A DNA stretch of 64,000 nt, taken from assembly GCA_003551845.1 (NCBI GenBank), contig PUNQ01000032.1:23414-87413 (forward strand), given 5' to 3'. Position numbers and translations under genes: made by a program. The stretch is from Candidatus Nealsonbacteria bacterium (lineage in GTDB: Bacteria > Patescibacteriota > Minisyncoccia > Minisyncoccales > PWPS01). Each line of letters opens with the position of its first letter. Position 1 is the stretch's first letter. The notes beneath the pieces were generated by a model. The model had not been told where the DNA came from. It saw nothing but the letters and a program-made list of their open reading frames with translations, and did not search any database. Shown here piece by piece: positions 18,119-28,384 of the stretch.

Positions 18119-19315
18119 ATGAAAAAAAGACCTGAACTTATGAGTCCGATTAAAAACAGGGCCGGATTCGAAGCCTGCAAGGATTATGCCGATGCGGTTT
18201 ATTTCGGTGTGTCGGAATTTAATCTTCGATCCAACTCCAAAGGAATAGATGTAGATGAATTGAAGGACTTTATGAAGCTTTGCCATCGTAATCGGGTCAA
18301 AGGTTATTTGACGGTTAATTCGAGTCTTTACAATTATGAGTTGAGTGCAGTTGAAGATTTGATGAAAAGGGCTCAAAAGGCAAAAGTGGATGCGGTTATA
18401 GTTTGGGATCCGGCGGCGATACGAACAGCCAAAAGGCTTGGCTTAAAATTTTTCATATCCACGCAAGCCAATGTCTCAAATTGGAAAGCGGCTAAGTTTT
18501 ATGAAGATCTCGGAGCAAAGCGGGTGATATTGTCTCGAGAAATGAGTCTGGAACAGATATCCCAAGTAAAGAAAAAAACCGCACTGGAGGTAGAGGCCTT
18601 TATTCACGGAGCAATGTGTATCGCTATTTCCGGAAGATGTCTTTTGTCCGCTTTTTATGAAAATAAATCGGCGAACAAAGGCGCCTGCAATCAGCTCTGC
18701 AGGAGAAAGTGGTGGCTTACGGATGAGGAGGGAAAAAAATTGAAAATCGATGGAAAGTATTTTTTAAGCCCCAAAGACATATGTATGATCGAGTATCTAC
18801 CGGAAATGATCGATGCGGGGATAGATTCTTTTAAAATAGAAGGAAGGCAAAGGGATGCAAGATACGTAAGGGAAACGGCTAAATATTACAGAAAAGCGAT
18901 AGATGCCCATTGTGAAGGTGATTTTAATCGGAAAAAAGCGAAAAAATGGAAGAAAGAATTGAAAAAGGTTTACAATCGTAATTTTACAACCGGATTTTAT
19001 TTTGGAGAGCCGGGTGGGGAAGGAATTAATTTTGAATTCTCCGGGAGCGCGGCTACACAAAAAAAGATTCAGGTCGGAAAAGTTACCAATTTTTATTCAC
19101 GGATAAAAGTGGCATCGGTTGAGCTTTTGCACAGAGGCTTGGAAGTTGGAGACAAAATTTTAATAGAAGGGGAAACCACTTATTGTCAAGTGGAAATAAG
19201 CTCCTTACAGATAAACGGCAAAGAAGTTACAAGGGCTGAAAAAGGAGAGGAGGTCGGAATTAAATTAAGCACGAAAGCGAGAAAAAAAGACAAGGTTTTC
19301 ATACTGGTGGAGTAA
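18119..19315 (+). CDS. Peptidase U32 family protein.
   Basis: The N-terminus contains ELMSP and DAVYFGV. A Cys cluster (CNQLC) and a C-terminal beta domain match the U32 collagenase-like family. Confidence 0.7.
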   Translation: MKKRPELMSPIKNRAGFEACKDYADAVYFGVSEFNLRSNSKGIDVDELKDFMKLCHRNRVKGYLTVNSSLYNYELSAVEDLMKRAQKAKVDAVIVWDPAAIRTAKRLGLKFFISTQANVSNWKAAKFYEDLGAKRVILSREMSLEQISQVKKKTALEVEAFIHGAMCIAISGRCLLSAFYENKSANKGACNQLCRRKWWLTDEEGKKLKIDGKYFLSPKDICMIEYLPEMIDAGIDSFKIEGRQRDARYVRETAKYYRKAIDAHCEGDFNRKKAKKWKKELKKVYNRNFTTGFYFGEPGGEGINFEFSGSAATQKKIQVGKVTNFYSRIKVASVELLHRGLEVGDKILIEGETTYCQVEISSLQINGKEVTRAEKGEEVGIKLSTKARKKDKVFILVE

Positions 19316-19349
19316 TTGTTTTTTTATAAAAATTTGCTATACTCAAACA

Positions 19350-20129
19350 ATGGACGAAAAAAGGAAAAAGTCAGCTTTGATATTGTTATTGGTAGTTGTT
19401 TTCATCGTCGGAGCCGTATTTTTTTATGAAGAGGATCGGACTGAAGACGAGGAAACGGAAGAAACGGATGAAGTCAGTATAACGGGAAATCTGGCTTGCA
19501 GAGAAGATGATGATGAGCGTCGGTGGTACTTGCGTCAAAAAGAAGGTGATGATGATTCAATGACAAGATTGGTGATCGGCGAAGATATCTGTAAAAAAGA
19601 TAATCAGGAATGCCTTTATTTTCTGGAAAAAGAGTGTCGGTTATCCGGGAACAAAATAGAGGTTGTCGGAAAAAGAGAGGATGGATTTTTAAAAATTTCG
19701 GATATCGATTTTCTTGACGATTTCGATTGTAGTTTTGAATTCTCCGATTTTTCAACTCAAGAAGAATATGAGATTGAAAATGTTTTTGTTAATTTTGAAA
19801 CTCGTCCGGAAGCGGAAGAATTTCGAACTCGAATAAAGGAAACGGCGGAAGAGGGCCCGAACTTTGCAGGTAAATTTTCATATGCGGAATGGGGGTGCGG
19901 CACTTATTGTGGAGCCGGCTCGATAACGGATTTGACCACCGGAGAGATAGTTGAGTTCGGTTTAATAAATTCCCACGGTGTAAACTTCGAAAAGGGTAGC
20001 CGTTTGTTAATTATAGATCCCCCCGAAAAATTGGACTACATACAAGAGGGAGATCTTTTGGAAAACATAAAGAGCGAATATTATCTAATAAATGAGAAGG
20101 GTGAACTTTTTCTTCTTTGTCGTCATTAA
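19350..20129 (+). CDS. Hypothetical Cys-rich exported or membrane-anchored protein.
   Basis: An N-terminal TM helix and about 10 Cys; overlaps the downstream histidine kinase by 13 nt. Confidence 0.35.
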   Translation: MDEKRKKSALILLLVVVFIVGAVFFYEEDRTEDEETEETDEVSITGNLACREDDDERRWYLRQKEGDDDSMTRLVIGEDICKKDNQECLYFLEKECRLSGNKIEVVGKREDGFLKISDIDFLDDFDCSFEFSDFSTQEEYEIENVFVNFETRPEAEEFRTRIKETAEEGPNFAGKFSYAEWGCGTYCGAGSITDLTTGEIVEFGLINSHGVNFEKGSRLLIIDPPEKLDYIQEGDLLENIKSEYYLINEKGELFLLCRH

Positions 20130-21070
20130 TCTTGAAGATGAAAGATAAAAAAATAGCCGAAGAATTGAATATTCTAAAGCAATGTGAAGACTACGGAGTT
20201 CCACTTACCAAGTGTCCGCAGTTTCTATTCCTGGCGATGGGTGTGGTCATTATCGCCACCATGTTGGCAACTAATTTTTTCGGCGATATTTTTTTTGACG
20301 ATCCGGTTTTGGTTTTATTGATTATTATTGGAGAAACGGTAATTCTATTCATAGTCGGTTATGCCGTTATCGGCGGATTCGAAAAGATGGCCGAAGCGAA
20401 CAAGATGAAGTCCGATTTTATTGACCTGGTAACGCATCAACTGCGGTCTCCACTTACCAATTTAAAATGGGGATTTCAAGATTTGCAAGAAGAAGAAAAA
20501 GGGAAAAATGAGGAGCTTCTAAATACTCTACAAAGTAATGTCGACAAGATGTCGGAAATGGTTGACAATTTGCTTATCGTTTCTAAAATGGAACAAGAGG
20601 GATTTGATTTTGAAAAAGACAGCTTCTCGATTAAAGATGTCGTCGAGGAGCTTTTGAATGAATACGGGACGGCTGAAAAGGAAGGTGTCAATTTAATTTA
20701 TAAGCCGGGTGACGTGCCCGAAGTGATAAGTGACCCATCACAACTTAAGATCGTGATGGATAATTTTATTTCCAATGCGATAAAGTATACGAAAGAGGGT
20801 GGTGAGGTGAAGATCAGATTGAAGAGAAAAGATAACTTTGTGGTTTTCGAAGTTGAAGATGAAGGGATAGGAATACCGGAAGCGGATCGTAAAAAAGTTT
20901 TTTCCAAATTTGAAAGAGCCGGAAATGTCGAGAAGGTTAAAAAATCCGGTTCCGGATTGGGTCTGTTTTTGTCCAAAGAGATAATTGAAAATTTAGGAGG
21001 GGAAATCGGTTTTGAAAGTGTGGAAGATGAAGGTTCTACATTTTGGTTTAAAATTCCGGTTGCTATTTAA
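20117..21070 (+). CDS. Sensor histidine kinase (HisKA + HATPase_c) with 2 TM helices.
   Basis: The H-box is HQLRSPL. N, G1 and G2 boxes (GSGLGLFLSKEII) are present. Confidence 0.75.
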   Translation: MSSLILKMKDKKIAEELNILKQCEDYGVPLTKCPQFLFLAMGVVIIATMLATNFFGDIFFDDPVLVLLIIIGETVILFIVGYAVIGGFEKMAEANKMKSDFIDLVTHQLRSPLTNLKWGFQDLQEEEKGKNEELLNTLQSNVDKMSEMVDNLLIVSKMEQEGFDFEKDSFSIKDVVEELLNEYGTAEKEGVNLIYKPGDVPEVISDPSQLKIVMDNFISNAIKYTKEGGEVKIRLKRKDNFVVFEVEDEGIGIPEADRKKVFSKFERAGNVEKVKKSGSGLGLFLSKEIIENLGGEIGFESVEDEGSTFWFKIPVAI

Positions 21071-21108
21071 AATTTTATAAATATTAATTTTAAGGAGGAT
21101 ATAAATAG

Positions 21109-22314
21109 ATGGAGAATATTAAAGTTTTAATGTTCGGTTGGGAGCTGCCACCTGAAAACAGCGGTGGGCTGGGGGTCGCCTGTTTGGGACTATCCAAAAA
21201 ACTGAACCAAAAAGGAGTTGATATTACATTCGTGGTTCCGCGAAAAACCGAAGCAATGAAGAATAATTTTTTCAATTTGCTTTCCGCGGATATAAATTAT
21301 AAGGAGATTGAAGTAAAATCATCTCTTTCTCCCTATCTTTCGCCTCAAAAATATAAAAGTATTCTCAGAGAAGAAAAAGATATATACGGAAAAACTCTTT
21401 TTGAGGAAGTTTCCAGGTATAGAAAATGTGCTCGAAAAATAGCGCTTTTTGAAAATTTCGACGTTATTCATGCCCATGATTGGCTCTCCTTCGGTGCGGG
21501 AGTGGAGGCCAAGAAGATAACCGGAAAGCCGTTGATAGCGCATGTCCATGCCACCGAATTCGATCGTGGGGGAGGGACTGGCGTGGATGAACGGGTCTAT
21601 CGGCGTGAAAAAGAAGGTTTGGAGATGGCGGATAAGATAATTGCGGTCAGTAATTACACCAAAAACATAATCGTTGAAAAATACGGAATTCCGGAAACCA
21701 AGGTAGAAGTTGCTTATAACGGAGTAGATTTAAAAGAAAAGCCGGCCGGAAAAAAGATTTTGGAAGCATTTCAGGAAGCGGGCTACAAGATTGTTCTCTT
21801 TGTCGGCAGATTAACCATACAGAAGGGCCCCGATTATTTTTTGCAAGCGGCTCGAAAAGTTTTGGATCACAGTGATGATGTTATATTCGTGGTCGCGGGA
21901 TCCGGTGATATGGAAGAGCAGATTATAAGACAGGCCTCGGAACTCGGAATTTCCGACAAAGTTTTATTTCCGGGATTCATAAGAGGAAAAGATCTTCACA
22001 GCTTATATAAATCGGCCGATTTATTTATAATGCCCTCGGTTTCCGAACCCTTCGGCCTTACGCCCTTGGAGTCTCTGATAAATGGAACACCGGTTCTGGT
22101 TTCCAAACAATCGGGAGTTTCCGAAGTGTTGACACACGCTTTGAAAGTTGATTTTTGGGATGTTGAAGAGATGGCCAATAAGATATTATCCACTTTGAAT
22201 CATGATTGCTTGAAGACGTGTCTTTCGGAAAACGGAAAAAAAGAAGTCGGTGGCATAACTTGGGATTTTGCCGCTGACAAATGCATTTCAGTTTACAAAT
22301 CATTAATGAAATAA
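21109..22314 (+). CDS. Family 4 glycosyltransferase (alpha-glucan/glycogen synthase-like).
   Basis: A GT-B fold is indicated by EPFGLTPLESLINGTPVL (an EX7E-like region), preceded by an AGGAGG ribosome-binding site. Confidence 0.6.
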   Translation: MENIKVLMFGWELPPENSGGLGVACLGLSKKLNQKGVDITFVVPRKTEAMKNNFFNLLSADINYKEIEVKSSLSPYLSPQKYKSILREEKDIYGKTLFEEVSRYRKCARKIALFENFDVIHAHDWLSFGAGVEAKKITGKPLIAHVHATEFDRGGGTGVDERVYRREKEGLEMADKIIAVSNYTKNIIVEKYGIPETKVEVAYNGVDLKEKPAGKKILEAFQEAGYKIVLFVGRLTIQKGPDYFLQAARKVLDHSDDVIFVVAGSGDMEEQIIRQASELGISDKVLFPGFIRGKDLHSLYKSADLFIMPSVSEPFGLTPLESLINGTPVLVSKQSGVSEVLTHALKVDFWDVEEMANKILSTLNHDCLKTCLSENGKKEVGGITWDFAADKCISVYKSLMK

Positions 22315-22318
22315 AAAA

Positions 22319-23530
22319 ATGCCTTCGGTTTGTTTCTATTTTCAAGTTCATCAACCCTTCAGAGTGAAAAAATACAGATATTTCGATATAGGAAAGGATC
22401 ATGACTACTTCAATGAAAAAGGAGACAATGATTTGAACAATGAAAAAATCATGAAGAAGGTGGCTCGGAAATCATATTTACCCACCAATCAAGTTTTATT
22501 GGATCTTTTAGAAGAAGAACCCGAATTCAAGATAAGCTTTTCTTTCTCCGGAGTGGCTCTGGAGCAGATGGAAAAGTATGCTCCGGAAGTGATAGACTCT
22601 TTTCAAAAGCTGGTGGATACCGGAAGAGTGGAGATTTTAGCCGAAACCTATTATCATTCATTGGCGTTTCTTTATTCCAAAGAAGAGTTCAGAAAACAGG
22701 TTGAACTTCATGAGAAAAAAATAAATGAAATTTTTGACTATCAGCCCAAAATTTTTCGGGGAACGGAACTTTCTTACAGCAATGATCTGGCCGAAGAGGT
22801 TGAAGATATGGGTTATGAAGGAATTTTAACCGAAGGAGTAGACAGGATTTTGGGTTGGCGTAGCCCCAATTTCTTGTATTCTCCAAAGGGCTCCGATATA
22901 GCGCTTTTTTTAAAAAACTATAAGCTTTCGGACGATATAGCGTTTCGATTTTCAAGCAAGGGATGGAAGGAGCATCCTCTTACGGCTCCAAAGTTTGCTC
23001 GGTGGGTGTCCGCAATAAACGGCAACGGAGAAGTTGTTAATCTTTTCATGGATTATGAAACTTTCGGAGAACATCAATGGGAATCGACCGGTATATTCAA
23101 TTTTTTAAGATCCTTGCCGTCTGAAATTCTAAAGCATCCGGACAATAATTTTTTAACTCTGAGAGAAGCTGTCGAAAGGTATGATCGAGTTGCCGAGTTG
23201 GATATTCCTTACTTTATTTCTTGGGCTGACAGCGAACGGGATTTATCCGCTTGGATCGGTAACCCGATGCAAAGAGATATGTTGAATAAATTGTATGATC
23301 TCGAGGAAGATGTTTTGCGAACGGGAGATGAAAAGCTTATCGATAAGTGGAGAAAATTACAAACTTCGGATCATTTTTATTATATTTGCACAAAGACTCT
23401 TTCTGACGGGACGGTTCATAATTATTTCAGTCCGTACGAGTCTCCGTATGAGGCGTTTATATCTTATGCAAATGCGTTGAATGATTTTAGATTGGAAATT
23501 AAAAATAAAGCAAAAAAGGCCGAAGCATAA
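22319..23530 (+). CDS. Glycoside hydrolase family 57 protein.
   Basis: The N-terminus FYFQVHQPFR carries the GH57 signature HQP, with a TIM-like catalytic region. Confidence 0.65.
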   Translation: MPSVCFYFQVHQPFRVKKYRYFDIGKDHDYFNEKGDNDLNNEKIMKKVARKSYLPTNQVLLDLLEEEPEFKISFSFSGVALEQMEKYAPEVIDSFQKLVDTGRVEILAETYYHSLAFLYSKEEFRKQVELHEKKINEIFDYQPKIFRGTELSYSNDLAEEVEDMGYEGILTEGVDRILGWRSPNFLYSPKGSDIALFLKNYKLSDDIAFRFSSKGWKEHPLTAPKFARWVSAINGNGEVVNLFMDYETFGEHQWESTGIFNFLRSLPSEILKHPDNNFLTLREAVERYDRVAELDIPYFISWADSERDLSAWIGNPMQRDMLNKLYDLEEDVLRTGDEKLIDKWRKLQTSDHFYYICTKTLSDGTVHNYFSPYESPYEAFISYANALNDFRLEIKNKAKKAEA

Positions 23531-23535
23531 AATAA

Positions 23536-25356
23536 GTGCTCGGATCAAAAAAAATGGAAAAGGAAAAAGTTAAAGCGGATTATCTCTTCGAGGTTTCTTA
23601 TGAAATCTGCAATAAGGTGGGTGGGATATACAGAGTTTTGGAATCCAAGGCAGACAATATGATTGAGAGATACGGAATCGATAATTACTTTTTGATAGGC
23701 CCTTATTATTTGGAAAGCTCAAAAGGGGAGTTTAAAAAAGAAACTCCGAACGGGAAGTTAAGACAGGCTTTTGATGAGTTGGAAAAAGATGTAATTCATT
23801 GCCATTATGGAAAATGGATGGTCAAGGGAAGACCTAAAACGATTTTGGTTGATTTCAGGGATTTTTTTGCCCAAAAGAATAACATCAAAAAGAATTTGTG
23901 GGAAAACTACGGAATCGATTCTTTGAATGCGGGAATTACCTTTGAAGAGCCGGTTGTCTGGTCTTGGGCGGTCGGAAAGGTGATTGAAAAAGTGGGAGAA
24001 ACAATTTCCGATGACAAGGAAAAGATGGTTGCTCATTTTCATGAGTGGCTTTCGGGAGCGGGATTGCTTTACTTAAATCAAAGTGAGCTTGACATAGGAA
24101 CGGTTTTTACCACCCATGCTACGAGCTTGGGGAGGTCGTTGGCATATAACAATATCGATTTTTACAATCAGTTTGAAGGAATAAATTCTTCGGAAGCGGC
24201 TTATGAAAACGGTGTTCACCCCAAACATCAGATGGAAAAAAGAGTCGCCCTGAATGCGGACGTATTTACCACGGTCAGTGAAATAACCGCCCTGGAAGCG
24301 GAAAAGTTTTTAGATCGCCGACCGGATATTATTTTACCCAACGGATTGGATTTGGAAAAATTTTTAACTTTTGAAGAAATTGTAATTAAGCACAGATTGC
24401 AAAGAAGGAGGTTGAGAGAATTCGTAATATCCTTCTTTTTTCCTTATTATCGATTCGATATCGAAGACACTCTTTTCTATTTCATAATCGGTCGTAATGA
24501 ATACAAAGCTAAAGGCGTCGATATATTTATAAAGTCTTTGGCCGAATTGAATCGAAGAATGAAAGAAAACGGCACTGAAAAAACGATAGTAGCCTTTTTC
24601 TGGATTCCGACCGAAGTTCGATCCGTAAAAAGTGAGATGGTGGAAAACAGAGAATTATTCCAAGATATTAAAGATTCTTTATCCGAAGCGATGCCGGAAA
24701 TTGAAGAGAAGATTCTTTACAATTTACTTTATGAAGACGACCTTGCAACTGAAAAGATAATAAGTGAAAATTATCTTTTTGAAATTGAAAGAAAATTGTT
24801 ATCCTTAAACAAGGAAAGCGAAAACCCGCCCATTTCCACACACGAATTAATGGATCAAGATGATAAAATTTTGAAAACGATCAGGGATTATGGGCTAAAT
24901 AATAAAAAAGAGGACAGAGTAAAGGTAATTTACTATCCGATCTATTTGACCGGCCATGACGGACTTTCCAACCTTGACTACCAAGAAGCCTTGGAGGCTT
25001 GTCATCTGGGTGTTTTCCCCAGCTTTTATGAGCCTTGGGGGTATACTCCTTTGGAAGCGGCGGCTCTGGGAGTCGCCTCGGTTACCACCGATTTGGCAGG
25101 ATTCGGCAGATTCAGGCAAGATATGGAAAAGAAAGATGGAAAAGAGGGGGTATACGTATTGGAAAGATATAAGCGGAAAGATGAAAAAATAGTTTCCGAT
25201 TTGTCGGAACTGATGTATAATTTTTCCAAATTCAATAGAAAAGAAAGGGTCGATAACAAGATTGAAGCGAGAAAGATAGCCGCAAAGGCGGATTGGAAAG
25301 ATTTCGTCAACCATTACGTGAAGGCTCAAAACGAATCAATTCAAAATGAAAGTTAA
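23536..25356 (+). CDS. Glycogen (starch) synthase, GT3 eukaryotic-type family.
   Basis: The N-terminus LFEVSYEICNKVGGIYRVLESKA matches the GT3 glycogen synthase signature (FEvaWEVaNKVGGIYTVl). The true start may be at 23554. Confidence 0.6.
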   Translation: MLGSKKMEKEKVKADYLFEVSYEICNKVGGIYRVLESKADNMIERYGIDNYFLIGPYYLESSKGEFKKETPNGKLRQAFDELEKDVIHCHYGKWMVKGRPKTILVDFRDFFAQKNNIKKNLWENYGIDSLNAGITFEEPVVWSWAVGKVIEKVGETISDDKEKMVAHFHEWLSGAGLLYLNQSELDIGTVFTTHATSLGRSLAYNNIDFYNQFEGINSSEAAYENGVHPKHQMEKRVALNADVFTTVSEITALEAEKFLDRRPDIILPNGLDLEKFLTFEEIVIKHRLQRRRLREFVISFFFPYYRFDIEDTLFYFIIGRNEYKAKGVDIFIKSLAELNRRMKENGTEKTIVAFFWIPTEVRSVKSEMVENRELFQDIKDSLSEAMPEIEEKILYNLLYEDDLATEKIISENYLFEIERKLLSLNKESENPPISTHELMDQDDKILKTIRDYGLNNKKEDRVKVIYYPIYLTGHDGLSNLDYQEALEACHLGVFPSFYEPWGYTPLEAAALGVASVTTDLAGFGRFRQDMEKKDGKEGVYVLERYKRKDEKIVSDLSELMYNFSKFNRKERVDNKIEARKIAAKADWKDFVNHYVKAQNESIQNES

Positions 25357-27043
25357 ACATATATTAAAAAACAATCAATGGGTGAAAGAAGTGGATGAGA
25401 GAACCTCCTTTCTTTTGGGAAATAAAATCGGTGATTATCTTTGGCTTTCCGATAATCCGGAGAGCAGATATCAGGGGTGGTTCGTAACACCGCCGAATCA
25501 GAATGGGGGTGAGATATACAAAGTTATCGAGGATATACGTCCGGTGGGAAGAAATAGAATTGAAACGGTGGAAAATTATTTTTCAAAAGTCAGAAGAAAA
25601 GGTGATGGATTCGAAGAGACTTTCATCGTTTCCGAAAATGAACACAAAATGAGGTATCAGCTGAAAGAGGATTCGGAAGTTGAATTGATTTTGGACATGC
25701 GACACTCTTACAGCAATGCTTATCCGGAATACATAATAGAGTGGATTGACGACAAGCTGCTGATAAAAACCGGGGGAGAAGACGATTTCTTTTTAGCGAT
25801 CAAGGGGTTCGAATCGGTTGATTTAATCAGAGAGCGGTTCGTGCGACATTATTCGATTGATAAAAAGAGAAACTCTCCTCCTTTTGAAAAAGCTGTTTTT
25901 AAAGCTTTAAGTATGAGAGGTAAAGACTTCTTTTTTTCCGCATCCGAAAACAGGGAAGAGGCTTTAAATCAATTGGACACAAAAACAGAAGCAAATTTAC
26001 CCGAAGAAGAAAAAGAGCCGGTTGATTTTGTGGCGGCAAAAAAAGGATTGTCCGATTTGTCGGTTAACGGCAGGGGGATATATGCGGGATATCCTTGGTT
26101 TTTCCAATTTTGGAAGAGAGATGAAGCAATTTCTCTGAGAGGGCTTAGAATAATCGATCCGGAAAAAGCGGAAAAATTATTTTGGTCTCTTTTGGAAGAA
26201 GACAAAAGTTGCCCTGCGGGAAAGGCGTTTGACGGAGTAGGCTGGACTTTCAAGAGAGCATTTCTTTTTCTGAATGATTTTAATCAAGAAGAAGAAAAAG
26301 CCTTGGCTGATTTTCTGCGAAAGGAAGTTGATTTTGAGAAATCCGACGAATTAACCGTTAACGGCAATAAAGAAACATGGATGGACTCAATTCCGAGAGA
26401 AGGGGCCAGGATAGAAATTCAGGCCTTAAAGCTGAATATGTATAAATTGGGTAGGCTGATCGATCCGGAAAAGCAGGATAAATATCAATCGATGGAGTCC
26501 GAATTAAAGAAAAAAGTAAGAAGCATTTTTTGGGACGGCAATATTTTGGCGGACGGTTATTTTCCGAAAAAAGGAGTGGTGGACAAAACCGTCAGGCCCA
26601 ATATCTTTTTAGCTTATTATATATATCCGGATCTTTTGAGTGAAAAAGAATGGGTGACTTGCTTCAGAAGAGCTCTTTATGAATTATGGCTCGATTGGGG
26701 TGGATTGGCAAGCATCAGCAAAGAGAGCCCTCGCTTCAACAGTCGGCATACCGGAGAGAATCCTCAAAGCTATCATCAAGGAGACAGCTGGTTTTTTGTG
26801 AATAATTTAGCCGCAATATCAATGAACAGGTTGGATGATGGAAAATTTTCATATGAGATTAAAAAAATACTTGAAGCGAGTCGAGAAAATTTAATGTGGA
26901 AAGGAGCTGTGGGCCATCATAGTGAGATAAGCTCGGCCGAAATACTGAAATCGGAAGGTGCGGTCAGTCAGGCTTGGAGCTTCGCAACCTATTTGGAAGC
27001 ACTTTATGAAATATTTAAAATAAATAATTTCAGCTGGAGTTAA
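25346..27043 (+). CDS. Amylo-alpha-1,6-glucosidase (glycogen debranching enzyme C-terminal domain, GH133-like).
   Basis: GYPWFFQFWKRDEAISLRG corresponds to the GDE catalytic region GlPWF..WGRD. It shares a glucan cluster with GT3, GH57 and GT4. Confidence 0.6.
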   Translation: MKVKHILKNNQWVKEVDERTSFLLGNKIGDYLWLSDNPESRYQGWFVTPPNQNGGEIYKVIEDIRPVGRNRIETVENYFSKVRRKGDGFEETFIVSENEHKMRYQLKEDSEVELILDMRHSYSNAYPEYIIEWIDDKLLIKTGGEDDFFLAIKGFESVDLIRERFVRHYSIDKKRNSPPFEKAVFKALSMRGKDFFFSASENREEALNQLDTKTEANLPEEEKEPVDFVAAKKGLSDLSVNGRGIYAGYPWFFQFWKRDEAISLRGLRIIDPEKAEKLFWSLLEEDKSCPAGKAFDGVGWTFKRAFLFLNDFNQEEEKALADFLRKEVDFEKSDELTVNGNKETWMDSIPREGARIEIQALKLNMYKLGRLIDPEKQDKYQSMESELKKKVRSIFWDGNILADGYFPKKGVVDKTVRPNIFLAYYIYPDLLSEKEWVTCFRRALYELWLDWGGLASISKESPRFNSRHTGENPQSYHQGDSWFFVNNLAAISMNRLDDGKFSYEIKKILEASRENLMWKGAVGHHSEISSAEILKSEGAVSQAWSFATYLEALYEIFKINNFSWS

Positions 27044-28293
27044 AGAGTTTCTACAATTCTTTTAATGCCGGACATAAGGGAAGAATCATATTCTTCTCGT
27101 TTTATTTTTTGAGCAGCGTACAAGGCGTTAAGGGGTTTGGTTTCTTTTTTCTGGTATTTTTGAGGATAATTTTCTTCCAGGCAGCCGTTCAATACGAATA
27201 TTTTTTCGGATTTTAAAAGTTCTTTTTTCTTTTTTTTGCTCGCCTCTTTGTTTTTAAACTTTTTATTCCAATAACGATCAATTCCGTCTTCATCAATCAT
27301 TACTATATAGGGCATATTGAATATTTTACAAATCTCTTCATAAAGATCGATATTGCCGATTCCTCCGCAATAAACCACTTTTATGTCCGTAGTTTTGTTA
27401 TGAAATCTGTCAATTAGACCTCTGAGCAAGATACTGTCGGAGACACCCTCTACGAGAACCACCTTGTCGGCAAAAAGCATTGCCGAATTATCATCGTTTA
27501 TCTCTTGAACCAAGCGATCTTTTGGAATCGAGCGACCCTTCTGAAAACTACAAACGGAAGTGCTGTTATTTTTATTTCTGGATACTCGCCAAACCTTATC
27601 CAAGAGTTTGGCCTGGACAAAAGTGGGGTGATGGGTGGTAAGAAAGATTTGGTTTTCCGGATTTCTATTTTGCAATATTTTTAAAAATTTTTTTATCACC
27701 GAAGGATGAAGATGTAATTCCGGTTCGTCTATAAGGATTATCTCGTAGTCGGGATTGTAAATATAAAAAAGAATCACAAAAAGCCTTTTGAAGCCGTCTC
27801 CCATTCTGTTTAGCGCTTTTTCTTTTTCGGAGCTCATTTCCGCCTCGAAGAGCTTTTCATCGATCTGAATGTTCTGAAAATATTTTTTTATGGTTTTAAC
27901 AAAATCCCGATATGCTTCATTATGCTCTCGCTTGAAGAGGTCTAAATTTTCAGCTAAGATTTTTTTTAAAGCGGGAGAGTGACTGATTCGTATTACTTTC
28001 TCTTTCATCTTTTCATATTTTTTTTTGGAAAATTGATAGTCGAGGGTCTTGCCGGAATAGTGGAGGCTACACTTTTCGGATTCATGAGTCAGGTTCAATC
28101 TGAGATTAAATTCACCCTCGCTCCTTTTTAATTTTTCATTATCGGGATTGAAAAATATTTCAATCGAATCCAGTAAATTGGTTTTTCCGGCGTTGTTGGG
28201 ACCGACCAAAATATGGAGATCGGAAAAATTATCCATTTCAATCGACTCAATAACGCTTTTATAATTTTTAATCTGAATTTTTTTTATTTTCAT
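27040..28293 (-). CDS. OLD-family ATP-dependent endonuclease (N-terminal ABC-type ATPase fused to a C-terminal Toprim), class 1 standalone.
   Basis: A Walker A (GPNNAGKTNL) and DEPELHLHP (Walker B plus the LHP signature of the AAA_15/OLD family) sit in the N-terminal half. The C-terminal Toprim reads VLVEGVSDSILL...IDEDG. The start is set at MKIKKIQIKNYKSV (ATG at 28293). Confidence 0.7.
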   Translation of the reverse strand: MKIKKIQIKNYKSVIESIEMDNFSDLHILVGPNNAGKTNLLDSIEIFFNPDNEKLKRSEGEFNLRLNLTHESEKCSLHYSGKTLDYQFSKKKYEKMKEKVIRISHSPALKKILAENLDLFKREHNEAYRDFVKTIKKYFQNIQIDEKLFEAEMSSEKEKALNRMGDGFKRLFVILFYIYNPDYEIILIDEPELHLHPSVIKKFLKILQNRNPENQIFLTTHHPTFVQAKLLDKVWRVSRNKNNSTSVCSFQKGRSIPKDRLVQEINDDNSAMLFADKVVLVEGVSDSILLRGLIDRFHNKTTDIKVVYCGGIGNIDLYEEICKIFNMPYIVMIDEDGIDRYWNKKFKNKEASKKKKKELLKSEKIFVLNGCLEENYPQKYQKKETKPLNALYAAQKIKREEYDSSLMSGIKRIVETL

Positions 28294-28300
28294 TTGATCA

Positions 28301-28351
28301 TTATAGCATTTGGAATGATTATTTGACAAAATTTTTTTTTAAACTTATAAT
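28301..28351. promoter_or_regulatory. Back-to-back divergent promoters sharing a -35 region.
   Basis: On the plus strand, TTGACA (28323-28328), a 17-nt spacer and TATAAT (28346-28351) precede the 28385 gene. On the minus strand, TTGTCA (the complement of 28324-28329), a 17-nt spacer and TATAAT (the complement of 28301-28306) sit only ~8 nt from the OLD start codon, which hints at a leaderless mRNA. Confidence 0.45.
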
Positions 28352-28384
28352 AGCGGCGAAAAGGAAAAGAGGGGGTGAACAAAA

